Shown piece after piece: positions 22,853 through 35,003 of a stretch of DNA of 64,000 nt (within the stretch, counting starts at the first letter, position 1; each line of letters begins with the position of its first letter). Both the position numbers and the translations under genes were made by a program. A model generated the notes under the pieces. It had not been told where the DNA came from. It did no database searches and saw only the letters and a program-made list of their open reading frames with translations. The stretch comes from Trypanosoma brucei (lineage: Eukaryota), in NCBI GenBank assembly GCA_000002445.1, contig CP000069.1, forward strand, positions 1,472,001-1,536,000, read 5' to 3'.

Positions 22853-23472
22853 TTATTGAAAGAGTTTGAATTTTACCCAACTCTTAAAACTAAACTTCCT
22901 TCCTTCCAAATATCCATACCAAGTAAGATTTTTCACAATCAATTTGGCTTTTTCTTCCCATTCAATTGGCTGGTCAGCAAAATAAGTAAACGACACTTCT
23001 CTAAACTCTCTACTATTGAGAATAGAAAAGAATCTCTCCTCATAATCTAACCCAATCATTCCTCACTTCAAAACAAATCTTTGTCAAACAGCTTCTTTTT
23101 GAGTTGCACTACAAATAAGAAATGGCTTGTAAATACTCTTATCTGACTGCCATTCCTTACCTCCTTTCAATAACTCTCCAAATGCATATTAAAAAATTTT
23201 TAAGTTCTCAAACCCTAGCTATTAAACAACCACCCCTAATATACGGATTTGCCACTAGGAGGTGATTTCACCAAATGAGGTATTTTTTTATATTTCTCTT
23301 TCCTGTAACTGACATTGAAAAACCAATAACATCCCTCCACATGCCCTCTGTGATCTGAGTTCATAAGCAAATCCAACTGAGGCGCATAACACTCTGATGT
23401 TGACGTGAATAGAATATTACACAGCGGTTTCATATTTTTGACGGTAGGAAACAATAACATCAACTCATTCAC
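22853..23472 (-). pseudogene. Unidentified conserved pseudogene fragment, family copy a (paralogous to 52381-52951 and 56244-56760)
   Basis: ORFs 23236-23472 (..TSECYAPQLDLLMNSDH..CYWFFNVSYRKE..KSPPSGK) and 22853-23059 (MIGLDYEERFFSIL..NLTWYGY). Bases 23030-23150 are ~97% identical to 52381-52500. Confidence 0.4.
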
Positions 23473-24424
23473 TGTTATAACAATATCCTTATTACTTGCA
23501 TTCTGTTTTTCTAAAAATTCCGTAACTCATCTAGGCCTCTTAACATGGCTATACAAACTTCAGATCGCAACTGTAACAATTTCAAGATGAATTAGTTTGT
23601 CACTCAATATGAGTCTACACCATCCTTGAGTTGCATGAGTTTGAACTACAACAACAAACGCTCTTGGTTTCTTATGCCCATTCTCTTTCATTTTTGTTTC
23701 GTTAATTCACCATGTTGAAAAGCTATTGGGTACAAACACACCAAAGATAGCAGCAAGAGTAATAGTGAAGCTTCAAAGATACCAGGGTTCATTCCCTAAT
23801 CTACCATTAAAATTTGAAAGGATTATAAGAAAAAATATAAAATTAAGAAAAAGAGACGGTTGTGATACTACGGTGTTTTTTTAATTTGTACTGTGTTTGC
23901 ATATATGAGCAATTCCTTGATATTGTTATAATAGATGTGTTTATGATTGTATGCTTATTATCTGCGCTTTATGTTTGAGTGTGAATTCATTTTTTTAGTA
24001 GTTAGCTTCAGCCACACATAGCTCTGCACACTAAATTATTTTATCTCTTCATTGAACTCACATTTCCACTCCATGCATTGCTATAGAAATTAAGGCAGCT
24101 AGTTGTAATAGTTATTGGTTCAGAAATACTAAGATTTCTGCTGGTGGATGCGTTACCTACAACAATCATCTAATTTTATCATGCACGTTCCATCACTGTG
24201 GATACGTCAGAGGTTCCATTTTTACTGAGCCTGGACTCTGTTTCTCCCATATTGTCCTTCAATCATCTTGTTTATTATAATTCCAATATTCATATTTGTT
24301 TTTGAAACTGTGCTTTTTCCATTTCTTTCTCTTTATCTGCATTTTTTCTTTCTTGTGAAAATATTCCTGTTCCTCTTCCACTCACTCATGCTCACTTATA
24401 CTCACTCAGTTTACACCCTTTCTA

Positions 24425-24600
24425 TTGTTGTAAGTGATTTTATTTTGTATTATTATCATTATCATTAATACTTTTATGAAAATAGTAGCTTATACATACT
24501 CACAAAACCTTTTTCCAAAAATAATCATTATCATCTTTTTTCTTTACAGTTACTATTATTCCCATTAGTCTATCCTGGTATCCATAAAATAAACGGAACA
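24425..24600 (-). repeat. 70-bp repeat, strongly degenerate
   Basis: ATTATTATCATTATCATTA..CATACTCACAAAACC..ATCATTATCATC..TATCCATAAAATAAACGG. Shares the terminal ATCCATAAAATAAAC motif with the other copies. Confidence 0.45.
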
Positions 24601-24740
24601 ATCATATTATAATAGAATTCATTTTTCATATCCTATCACTCTGACACTTTACATCTATATGCTAGCATTGCGCACATTGTCAAAATTTTTATATTTTTAT
24701 AATTCTCGAGTTTTTGAAAATTTGCACATTTCATCAAAAA

Positions 24741-24756
24741 GTGTTAAAATATATCA
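24741..24756 (-). promoter_or_regulatory. VSG 3' UTR 16-mer, perfect match (GTGTTAAAATATATCA is the exact reverse complement of TGATATATTTTAACAC)
   Basis: ~70 nt downstream of the VSG stop at ~24827. Confidence 0.8.
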
Positions 24757-24826
24757 AATTTTAAAATTTTAACAAGTTATATAAGGGAGAAAAATTTAAC
24801 AATTTCATAATCTTCATTAAAAATTC

Positions 24827-26322
24827 TCAAAATGATACAAAACTCACAGGCGGAGCAGCCATCAAAGCCAATTTCTCATTGAGGAGAAAACTGGAATCTT
24901 TGCAAGCATTATTTTTACACTTGCAATTTTGTCCTTTTGTGCTGGCATATTGTGTTAAATGGCTGGTACAATTTGCAGTTGTGGTTTTATTATCCACGTC
25001 TTTTTTTCTGTTGTTTTGTCTCCTGTGTCCGTCTTCTTTTCTGAGTCCTTATCTGAAGATCCCTGGTTTTCATTTTTTGCTTTTGTTCGTCGGTAATCGA
25101 GGCCTATAAAATGTGCTAGTATTTCTTCGGCATTCGGTTTCTGTATGATTTCTTCGATGCTAGCTGATTCACTTTGGTCGCCTAAGTTGTATTTTCGTTT
25201 TACTGTCAGGGCACTTAGATAGTTTGTTTTAAAGTCAGTTGGCCCTGTGCCGTAAATGCTCTTTATTCTTTCTTTTACTTTTTCGGCTACCTTGCCTTTT
25301 GGCATCGCCTTTATTTCCTCCGGCGTGATTAGTAGTTGACGGCCTATGGTCGCCATTTCTGGCAGCTCGCTTACTTCGGTGCCTGTTGTTGGGTTGAGGT
25401 CTTCTGCCGTTGGGATTGTAGTCGTAAGCCCGGTGCAGATACGGCCGCTACCTCTGCCCTGGTCGGGACTCGGGCGTCATCTGTCTTGGGGAGCTCCGCG
25501 CACGTAACCGCGTTCCCTGCGCCGGCTGTAAGCTCTACTTGGTCGTACGCTTCGTCTCACAAATATTGCCTTTGCTGCCAATGCGTGTGTGTCGCCTCGA
25601 GCATTGCTGCCGTTGTCAGTGCAGACGTTACCACTGTTCGCGTTTATTGTTCCGTGAGTGCCCGCCGAGTCTCCCTTTGCGAATGCGGTAACTGTAATCT
25701 CAGGCATCTCGAAGAACTTGTCTGGCAGTAGCTTTATTGTTGAGGACCGGTCGATCGTCGACGTTTCTTGTGCTATTTCTTGCCCATTTATTTGCTTTAA
25801 GTTGCAGCCGTGTGCTGCTCTCTTTACTACTACGCTTATTTGGCACGCTGCGGCGCCCCCAAGTTGCCCGCTAGCTCCGCTCGTCGCTTGACTTGCTGTT
25901 TGGGTGTTGCCTGTCGTGTCAGTTAGAGCCTTTGCCGTTAGCACCGCCGCTGCTCTGTACCGAAGAATTTGGGTCGCTCGCTGCAGTTTTTCTTGTGCAC
26001 TTTCTGCATGGGTTTTCGCTGTGGTTGCGCGTTGCTTGGCGACTAAAGCGAGTGCTTCTTTAGCGGCTTTCTTTGCCGGGTCTGTTTCCACCGCCGCCAT
26101 CAATCTCCACTTCAATTCGGTCCGGCCTAGTTCTGCTAGTTGTTGATTGATTCTTGTTGATTTTTCTTCAAACTTCTTAGCTAGATCGTTTGTGTAGGCT
26201 GCTTCATCGCACGGCTGGGCTAGTTTGCTACTTTCCGTCAGAACCGCGGCTTGTGTTGCAGTTGACATTGCTTGGAGTATTAGAAAAGTAGCCATTGGCA
26301 CATTGCTCTGAAGGTTCGTCAT
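24827..26322 (-). pseudogene. VSG pseudogene (frameshifted; all domains present)
   Basis: ORF 25477-26322 carries signal peptide MTNLQSNVPMATFLILQAMSTATQAAV and an N-domain. ORF 24955-25356 carries the middle. A third frame gives the C-terminus ..CKCKNNACKDSSFLLNEKLALMAAPPVSFVSF*. Confidence 0.7.
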
Positions 26323-27289
26323 TTTTTAAACCTTTTACTTTCGCTGCGGAGAAAGCGGTTCTTTTGCCTATGCCTTTTGTGTTCGCTGCGATGTTGCCTA
26401 GTTTTTGGGGTCTGGCTTGTTTTCTGTGTGTGTGAGGTTATAAAAAGAGATTTTGACAGAACGTTTTTGAATCATCGGCGGATGCGCAACGGGGGTCGGC
26501 GGCGATTGCCGCTACAAGCGTTGGCTTGCTACCGATTTTGCCGAACTCCGGTAGTTTGTTTGGCCGCAGGAACATGGATGCTGTTTGTTCCTTGGGGCTT
26601 TTATTAGGTTATTTAGATCTCGATTGAGGATCATAGCTAGCAAGACAGCTGCTTATAGAGCATAAAATCTACTTTATAACCATTTACAATATGCTAATTC
26701 ATTTTAAATCCTCACATACAAAATACTCTGTGTATCTTATATTCCTTTAATAAAGGGCAGAAAAGACATTTAGTCTATGAAAAGGTCACTTTTATTATTA
26801 GTGTTTAACATTTGAATCCACACTTAGATTTAAAAACAGTGTGTTTACAATCATCCCAGCTTCTGAACCTATCCATTTCTGTGCTAATTACAGTGCATCA
26901 TCGGTCCTTCTAGTGTTTTCATTCCATACGCGCTGTTCTGTACATTGTCATTAATTACATATTTTCGTTTTTTTGACTTCTCTTACTTCTTCTGTAGATA
27001 ACATGGTGATTCCATTCGGTCTTTTCACTTCAATATGCCCCTCCATCATTGTCCCTTTTCTTCTTCTTTTGTGCACGATCATGCCCATTATCATATTGTT
27101 ATTTGAAAATTGGTACATTTCGTTATTGATGCTTATCTCTGCCGTCTTGTGTTTACTTCAACAATATTTGTCATCTTCTTCGTCAATCAGTTACTCGCTA
27201 TACCATTCAGTTACTCTCACCAGCAGCATCCTTCCCATTGGTATAAGTTATTCCCTTTATGCTGTCCATTTAGTCTTCACCACCTTCAT

Positions 27290-27328
27290 CATCACATTAT
27301 TCGTATGCACACACTCACAACACTTTCC

Positions 27329-27413
<85 letters not shown>

Positions 27414-27435
27414 CTAATTAATATCCATAAAATAA
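27290..27435 (-). repeat. 70-bp repeat containing an expanded (ATT/TAT)27 triplet tract (27329-27410)
   Basis: TTCGTATGCACACACTCACAACAC followed by ~82 bp of pure ATT repeats, then ACCCTAATTAATATCCATAAAATAAAC. Confidence 0.8.
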
Positions 27436-27709
27436 ACATGTCACTTACTTTTCATACCATATCACTATACTGCTACTTTACTCTCATATACCTCTACCAT
27501 GCATATTTTTTTCTCAAAAAATGTTTCACATTTTAATCGAAATTAATTAAGGTACATTAAATTTTAGCAAATTTACCAAATTATCTCAAAATATCAAAAT
27601 TTCTTGAGTTTCATAAATGTTAAAAAATTGAGCAACTATCCTTAAAATACTATAACGCTATCAAACTCACAAAAGCAGCAGTCATACTCAAAGCCAATTT
27701 TTTTGTTTA

Positions 27710-29113
27710 CTATAAAACTGGAATCCTGACATTTTCCTTTGATCCAACCGCAGACAGACTTTTTGCCAGGGGGATCGTTCCTTTCACAGCTTCACATTCT
27801 GTATGGTTTAGAAAACTGCTGCACACAGCTTTGGCAGTATTACTCCCGTCTTTCTTTTCTTCTGATTTGTTTGTTGTATCTGTTTTGCTCTCTCCCTCGG
27901 AGTTAGCTCCTGCTGAAGTTGTCTTTGCTTTTTTTAGGTTCGTTGCATAAAAATAACCCATTGCATCGGCAAAGTTTCTTTCACTTAATTTCTGCGTGGA
28001 CCCTTTTATTTCAGGTTCACTGCTGATGGTGATCTCGTCATTTTCCAGATGCTTGATGTACAGTGTTTGAATGTCAATCTTTTTGTCTCCAAACACAACT
28101 GCTGCGACATCTTCGTTGGATAAAGAAGCGGTTGCTTTGTCCTCACTTTTGGCGGCTAATGTTTTTGAAAACGCCTTTAAAACGGGGTTGCTGAGGACTT
28201 GCGCAGTGGTTAGGCTGTTGGCGGAGTCAGCGGTTGGGATTGAGGTGGCGAAAGCCGCCTTTAATGCCGCTGCCAGGTGCGTGTCGCTGACTAGAAGCTC
28301 AATTTTGCTGGTGTGGTCTTGCTCGTGGTGTGCGCCGGTGTTTTCTTCTGCCCCTACAGTGAGGTCAATGGCGTTTGCTTTGAAGTCCGTTGCGATGGCG
28401 GCTAGGCCGCCTAGCACGCCATTGACGTGCTGTGCCGTGGTTTGAACTGAGTCGGAGTTGTTGTGGCATCCTGGTGCATTGCTGTAACCGCCTGCGTTCG
28501 ATTTTGAGGCGTTGCCGTTTCCTTTTGCTGTTATGCGTGTGTCGGTTGTTAATATCTTCAGGCTGTCTGCCTGCCTTATGAGTATTTTGTCCAACGTTCC
28601 AGCCCTTTTTGCTTCGGTGATGGCTTCCGCTTTGCCTTGGGCGTTGTTTTGGCAGTTTAGTCCTGCTGTTATCTGAAGTTTGTCCGTGACTTTGCAGTGT
28701 TTGGCTTTTCCGCAGATGAACAGTGTATTGCCCCCGCTCGATTCCAACGCCCCTGTGCCGGTTAGCGCCGGTGCAGTTACTGATGAAAGCGCTATACTGT
28801 AGGTGTGCCAGACCCAGCGCTGTGACAGCTTTTGTATTTCCTCCGCCTGCTCTTTTGCGAAAGTAAGTGTTCGGCTCGCTAGTTGGTTGGCTTCTTGTGT
28901 TGCCGCAGCTAGCAACGCCTCATATGCCTTTTCTTGTGGGTTTCCCTTGCATCGGGTTGCTGCTAACTGAAAAAGCTTAACGTTGGCGTTGTTTTGGACA
29001 TTGGCTGGCTCCGCCTGCGGTGCTCGCTCCTTGAGATCCGTGATCAGCTGCGGTGTGTACCATGTTTCTGTGCAAAAGTCTTTGACTTTTCTGGGGTTAA
29101 AAGCGCTCTGCAC
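27710..29113 (-). pseudogene. VSG-like 467-aa ORF lacking both the N-terminal signal peptide and the C-terminal GPI signal
   Basis: VSG N-domain-like composition. The in-frame sequence upstream of the Met has a stop. The C-terminus ends ..GSKENVRIPVL* and the frame continues to degenerate sequence. Confidence 0.55.
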
Positions 29114-30529
29114 GCCACCGCAGACTTCAATGAAAAGAATGACTGGCTTTACTATTGGTTTAGTGCTTAACTTCTTCGGTTGAGGTACTAGAATTGTTGT
29201 GGCTGCCTATGCCTTTGTCTCTATGCCGATTCGTACTTTTTTCTACAAATATCTGTTCGTATCCCGTTTAGGATCCAATTTTTGTGCCTATGTGGAAGCC
29301 CGTTTTGCTTTGTTAGTTTGAGTTTAAGGATGTGAACGGGAGGGGAGAAAGAAGTGCCATTTATAAAATTGTAAGGCATCAGAGCGCGAACAATTACCGA
29401 ACATCCCCCTTACTTCCTTTCACGACTTGCTTGTCCCTGATATTTGTCGTTTTGGCTTCTTGATTATACAGTCTGTGTTGGTTGAAGTAGGTTTGAAGTT
29501 TTTTCTCTAGATGTTTTGTCAGTTGCTGCTTCACATATCGTTTACCGCCTCGCCTTTGGTACACTATATCTTCATAAAAAGATGTCGTTACATTACTTTT
29601 CTCGCTTCGTTTTTCGTTCTTTTGCGATAAGCACACTTTTTCCCGTACTTTCTTATTTCTTCCTGCTGTATCCGCCTCTTGGCTGTTTCTGGTCCTGTAT
29701 TTTTATCAAAAGTTCTGAGTGTTTGACTCTGCACTAACCGCTGAAATAGCCGGTAGTTGACGTGGATATTCCTTCATGATCTTGGTACCTGGCTAATAGT
29801 TACGCTTGTGTCTGCTGGCAGTCACCTGCACTTTTTATTTATTTATGACTGCTGAAATACAAATACCTTTGTTTCTTTCATTCCTCTTTACTATTGTTGC
29901 CCCATTTTATATTTGAAAAACAGAAAGCTGTAAGAAGGTTAAAATTAATCAGGGAAAAGACTCAGTTTTGCAGGGTTCTACACACTAACGTAGACTGTAA
30001 TATACTCTTCTAAGCTACTACGGCTCCCATGTACTAAAATTTACATTTAAATTGTCTTCCCACACCTTTGCGTGCAGCATTATAAAAACCGTAGAAACAT
30101 TCGTCCAATCTCATAACTTTTTAAATCCATATACGTTTAGGGTATACTATGATTCGCTGTTCCTACACCTTCTTGCGGTACCGTAACTCTTCTCTTGATG
30201 TTTGTTCTCTGTTATTACGCATCGTATCGTTTGATTCTACTGTCACCGATAAGACAAAGCTTTTGGAACATTAACACGGAGCAACCCCTATTCTTATTCT
30301 CTATACCCTTCTGATATATCCATGTTTAGCACTCTCATCTTTCTACACAACAATACCATAGCACTGCGGCATATTTCTCAGCTACCATTTCCCTCAGCAC
30401 CAGGTTTGTAACCTTTTTCCCTTGGCCCAACGTCGAATAAACAGTGGGTACTTTTTTTCTGTTTCATTACGATCCCTTCTGTCTTTACTACTTCTATTAT
30501 TTGTTCCAGAAGTTCTGCAACACTTTCCC

Positions 30530-30640
30530 ATTATTATAATATTCGTATATACACTCTCACAACACACTCCTATCATTATCATGATTACTATTATGACCCT
30601 AACTAATACCAATATATTAAAATTAATAAAATCAACCAAA
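30530..30640 (-). repeat. 70-bp repeat
   Basis: TTATTATAATATTCGTATATACACTCTCACAACACACTCC..ATTACTATTATGACCCTAACTAATACCAATATATTAAA. Confidence 0.7.
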
Positions 30641-30746
30641 TTATAATACCGCTAAATTTTCATAACCCATTACATTTTTTTGTACCTATAGGCCGCTATA
30701 ATGACAATTTTTCAAATTTCACTAATTTCAACATTTCGTCAAAAAA

Positions 30747-30762
30747 GTATTAAAATATATAA
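30747..30762 (-). promoter_or_regulatory. VSG 3' UTR 16-mer-like element (GTATTAAAATATATAA)
   Basis: Downstream of the VSG pseudogene C-terminus at ~30880. Confidence 0.45.
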
Positions 30763-30879
30763 AATTCTATCAAAATGGCAAATTTTCATAAAGTTCTATA
30801 AAATTGAGGAAAAAACCTCCGAATTCTCAAAAACTTTTCAAAAATAGCAACCTCATATAAGCTGCAGTAGTCAGTGTGT

Positions 30880-32417
30880 TTCTTATTGATGTGAAAACTG
30901 AAATCCTTGCAAGTTCTTCCATCCTATTTGCAGCCATGAGCCTTGGTGCATTCCTCTTGCTTTTTTTATCAGAGAATTTTGAACCTGTTTCTCCTGCTTC
31001 TATAGTTTTCGCAGTTTCTTCTTCTCATTTGCTATCTTTTTCATTATATTTGGACACTGGGGTGTTGTTGCACTTGTCTTTCTCGGCTTCACCTTTGCAA
31101 ACGTCTGTCACCCCTGGTGGTGGCTGCTGTGGCTTGTTTTCTGCTGTGGCAAGGCGTCTACGAATTCTTGCAGTAAAGAAGGCCAGAGTGTGCGCGAAGT
31201 TTTTTTCTTTGGAGAGTTCGGAAATCGGCCTTGTGGCTTCTCGGTCCCCTATTTTTATTGTGGCGCTTCCTTCGCTTAGGGATTTTACAAAGTTCTGTTC
31301 TAGGGCATCTTCGCTGCTGCCGTAAGCTTGCTTCAGAATGGCGAGTGTTTTGCCTTCTGTTATGTCCACTTTGTTGTTTACAGGTTGCTTTACCAGTAAT
31401 GTTGCCATGATTCTTTGCATTTGAGGGTCTTTGCTTAGGCTGGAAATCGTTTCTTTAGTGACTTGTTTTGGCGAGTGGATCGTGATGCTCCGGGCATTAC
31501 AGAGCGTGTAAGCTAGTCGGTCCTTGGTGACGGTTAGTCGTTTCTTGTCCGGTTCGCTGCCGCATCCGTTTCCTGTGCTTGGTTGGCGTTTGATGTCTTG
31601 GTCCTCCAGTTGTTCGTCCGTCGGTGATGTGTAGCTGAGGTCAGCGTTTAGGCCGTTGGATGCATAGCTGCTTGTGGTGCCGGTTGTGCCGCACCTGCCG
31701 TCGTTTGTTTTTTCTCCGCTGGCTGTTGTTGGTGTCCCTTTGGCTTCCTCTTTGAGCGTTTGACCCCGGCGGCCGAACATTAAATCCTTTGTTACTTTGA
31801 TGGCTACTTCGCTTTCGATTTCTGCCGCAGCATTTGCGAGGTCCTGTTTGTTTTGCAGCTCCACTGCGCAGGCGACGTTATTGCCAGTTTTTGCTGGTGT
31901 CGTTAACGTACAGATTTCAGTTGACCCTCCAAACCTTCCAGCTGCGCTTGTTGATCCGCCGCCACTGACCGTCCATACCGGTGCCGCTGCTGGGTTTACT
32001 GCCTGTAACACCTGCAGTTGGTAGGCCCTTTTGCGGATTGCTTCTGCTGCGTTTCTCAGCTGCTGCCCCTTCGTTTGCAGCGCAGTGGCAGCCGTTAGCG
32101 TCCGGCCTGTCGCCAGTGCCGTTAATGCAGCATACGCTGCGTATTTGGGCCCTGGCCAGATTGCCGCTGTCGCCAGCGAATGCATCTATTTTTCGTCAGT
32201 TAGTTTTTTTTAGGTTTTCTTCTGCTGCTGTTACCCTATTTTCTAACGCCGCCACAATGTTAAGAATGTATTGGACCTCTGAGCAAATGTCGGTGACAGC
32301 TTTTGCCGCGCTGTGTGCTGGACTAGTTCCTTGTACTGCAGCCGGCACCGCAAATAATATCATGAGGACCGGTAAGAATCTTACCACGTTGCGGTGTTGT
32401 TCGTTTACTGCTGCCAT
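30880..32417 (-). pseudogene. VSG pseudogene (frameshifts; the C-terminal CKDFSFHINKK frame lacks a proper stop/GPI tail)
   Basis: ORF 32196-32417 gives signal peptide MAAVNEQHRNVVRFLPVLMILFAVPAAVQG. ORF 31025-32185 gives 386 aa of N- and C-domain. The C-terminal domain continues in another frame. Confidence 0.7.
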
Positions 32418-33134
32418 GTTTGAGTAAAAGGGTCTACGGTTTCCAGCTTTAAACGAGGTGTGATGAGGGGAGGTTTGATTTTGTTGCTAATTTGCTCTAA
32501 CTGTTGTCTTATTCTGTTTTTGTATTTCAGTTTCATATTTGTTTACAAATGCATACCTAAACGCACCCCCCATTTTTCAAATTGCCGTTACCCTTTTCTC
32601 CATTTTACCGAAAATAACATGTTCGGGAGGCGAAAACCACGCCACAATCTTTCCGTTTAAAATTAAGTATTGCAACCAGATTAAAAACCACAGTTTCTAC
32701 CATCTGCACTTAAGCGTCTATCCATATCTGTGCTACTTTTGTAGCTCAATCTCTTTCTTTATTTTTTTTGCTGTGCGCCTACCTTTTTTTCTGCATTACA
32801 TGTGCTCTTTCCTTTTTTTCATCTTTTATCACCTCTTCTGTTGATGATTTTTGACTCTATTTGGCATCTATACTGCATTTTATCCTTCTTTTACTATCCT
32901 CTCCATTATTATCTAAGTGTATGATGATGCCCATTTTCATGCTTGTTTTTGAAATTGCACATATTAAATCTCCTTCCATCTCTCCCTTTCTGTGTTTCCC
33001 TATAATAACAGCCCTTGTTCTCTTTCAATTTCTTTCATACTCACAGTCCCATCCCCTACTTCATTGTCATTGAACACTTCCCACTGTTTTCAGTGCTTTT
33101 ATTTTGGCAACACACTCACTATTCACTACCACTC

Positions 33135-33245
33135 ATATTATAATATTTGTATATACACACACTCACAATACTTTTATATCATTATCACTATCAATACTAT
33201 TATTATTACTATTATAACCCTAACCAATATCTGTAAAATAATTAG
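33135..33245 (-). repeat. 70-bp repeat
   Basis: TATAATATTTGTATATACACACACTCACAATAC..ATTATTATTACTATTATAACCCTAACCAATATCTGTAAAATAA. Confidence 0.7.
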
Positions 33246-33365
33246 AAGAGCGTAAATTAGAATGTCACTCATTTTTATGCCCTACTACCCTATCAAATGC
33301 AACCGAGGGCCACTATGACGAATATTTTTTTTAATTTTCCAACATTCTGCAAAGGTTTGGCAAAA

Positions 33366-33381
33366 GTGTTGTAATATATCA
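33366..33381 (-). promoter_or_regulatory. VSG 3' UTR 16-mer-like element (GTGTTGTAATATATCA)
   Basis: Downstream of the VSG stop at ~33438. Confidence 0.5.
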
Positions 33382-33437
33382 AACTTATAAATTTCTTAAA
33401 ATTGAACAAAAATCTTTTACAAATAACTCTTAAATTG

Positions 33438-35003
33438 TTATTCTAGAAAAAAATTATAAAAAAGTAGCTCCTTGTTAGTGACAAAAGAATTGCTTCCTGT
33501 GGTGTTTGTAGTTTTTGCATCATTCTCTGCTTTCACACCCTCTTTAAATTTGCATTTACCTTCGCTGAAGTCGCAGTCTGAATCGTTTTTGCATTCACTT
33601 TCTTCTGTGTCTGGCTTGCATTTTTCTACTGATACGGTTGTTGTTGGTGCGGCTTGTTTCTTAAGCGAGTCGCGGTGACGTTGCTCATAACATGCCGCGA
33701 GGGCTGCGTGTCCATCTGCATCGCTTGCCGCTGCGGTTACGGTTTTCTTGGAAATTTCGTCGTTTACTTTGTAGTTTATGTGTTTTTCTTTTAAGGGGTT
33801 TATTAACCTTTCTCGTAAACTTCCTTTGTCAGTTCCAAATAACTGTTTAACTGCGTTTTTCTTATGGTCTTCACTTCCATCTTTTTTGATATTACCAGTT
33901 AACAGCAGTTCTGCTACTTTCTGGGCTTCCGAGTCAGTCAGAAGGTCGGCTATGTCCTTGTCTAAGTAGCTGTCGATCGTAGCTACTTCATTGTCGCGGA
34001 TTTCACAAATAGCTCAGCCGACCGACTTGTGTGTTAGGGCTAGTTTCTCCGTGCCATAAGCCTCCCCCGTATTTTCAACACACTTTTGGTTTGGTCCATC
34101 TGTCGCCCCAAGTTGGTGACGGTCCAATGTCGTTTCGAGCGGGACCGTTGTTACTGCTGTTATACCGAGCGCGTTGTTCGTAGCCCTGCTAGGTGCTGTG
34201 TCTGAAGCGCTGCAAAACCCGCCATTGAAGTTGTCATTGTTTGTTGCTAGGCTGCCGATGTGGAGCGCTTCTCCTTGGATTGTTATGCTGTCGCTCGCCT
34301 TCTCTGGGACCAGTTTTATTGCCTTGAGCGCTTTTAGGTTGTCCGCAGCTGCTTGCAGCTTAACGTTGTCGGCACCGATGCTGGAGCAGGTTTCGTGTGT
34401 TGCAGGTTGTGTGGTGATCTTGAATCCGCACAATTTTGGCGTCCCCGCACTTGCGCCTATGCTGGATGGATTTGTTCCTGTGTGCTGGCCTATTGTTGGT
34501 TGAGGAGGCGCCGTACCGCGGTGGAGCACAAGTCTCGTCTGTGCCTGAAGAGCTTGCAGTACGGCTAGTGCCGCTGTCAACTTGTCGGCTTCGACGCCTT
34601 CGGTTATTGCTAGCGTCAGTTGCCGGCTCGTTAGCGTTGCTAGTGCTTGGTACTGCGCCCGGGTGCCTGCTTCTATTTCACCGCACATCGCTGCCGCTAA
34701 CAGAGCTGCGTCGTTGGCTCTGTCGCGCATCTGGTCCTTTGCTTTCTTTGAGCTTTTCTTGGCGTTGTCAATGACTTTCTCTAGGAAAACTATCTCGTGG
34801 CAGGGCTTGGTAGCCGCTGCTTCGTAGGTTGTGGCTATATCGCCCTGCCCATGGCTTTCCGTAGCACCTATTAAAATTTGTATTAGTACGAGAGTCGCCT
34901 TGGTATACTGATTAGGTTTGGTCATTGTTGTAGTGCCTGACTTGCGTCGTGTCTGCTGTGGCGTGTGCGCTAGCTTTGGGTTTCTGGGGTTTGCTTGGCT
35001 CAC
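33438..35003 (-). pseudogene. VSG pseudogene (frameshift between N-domain and C-domain)
   Basis: ORF 34014-35003 has an N-domain with internal signal peptide MTKPNQYTKATLVLIQILIGATESHG. The C-terminus in another frame reads ..DSDCDFSEGKCKFKEG..NTTGSNSFVTNKELLFYNFFLE*. Confidence 0.7.

Noticed and set aside
27405-27415. Telomere-like CCCTAA hexamers (27411, 30597, 33227, 58102, 18188 and others)
   Set aside because: They are single hexamers embedded in the conserved end of each 70-bp repeat (..CCCTAACTAATATCCATAAAATAAAC), not tandem TTAGGG telomeric arrays. No telomere tract is present in the window.
27110-27439. ORFs encoding poly-Tyr (27110-27421) and poly-Ile (27257-27439)
   Set aside because: They are translations of the (ATT)27 microsatellite within the 70-bp repeat, not coding sequence.
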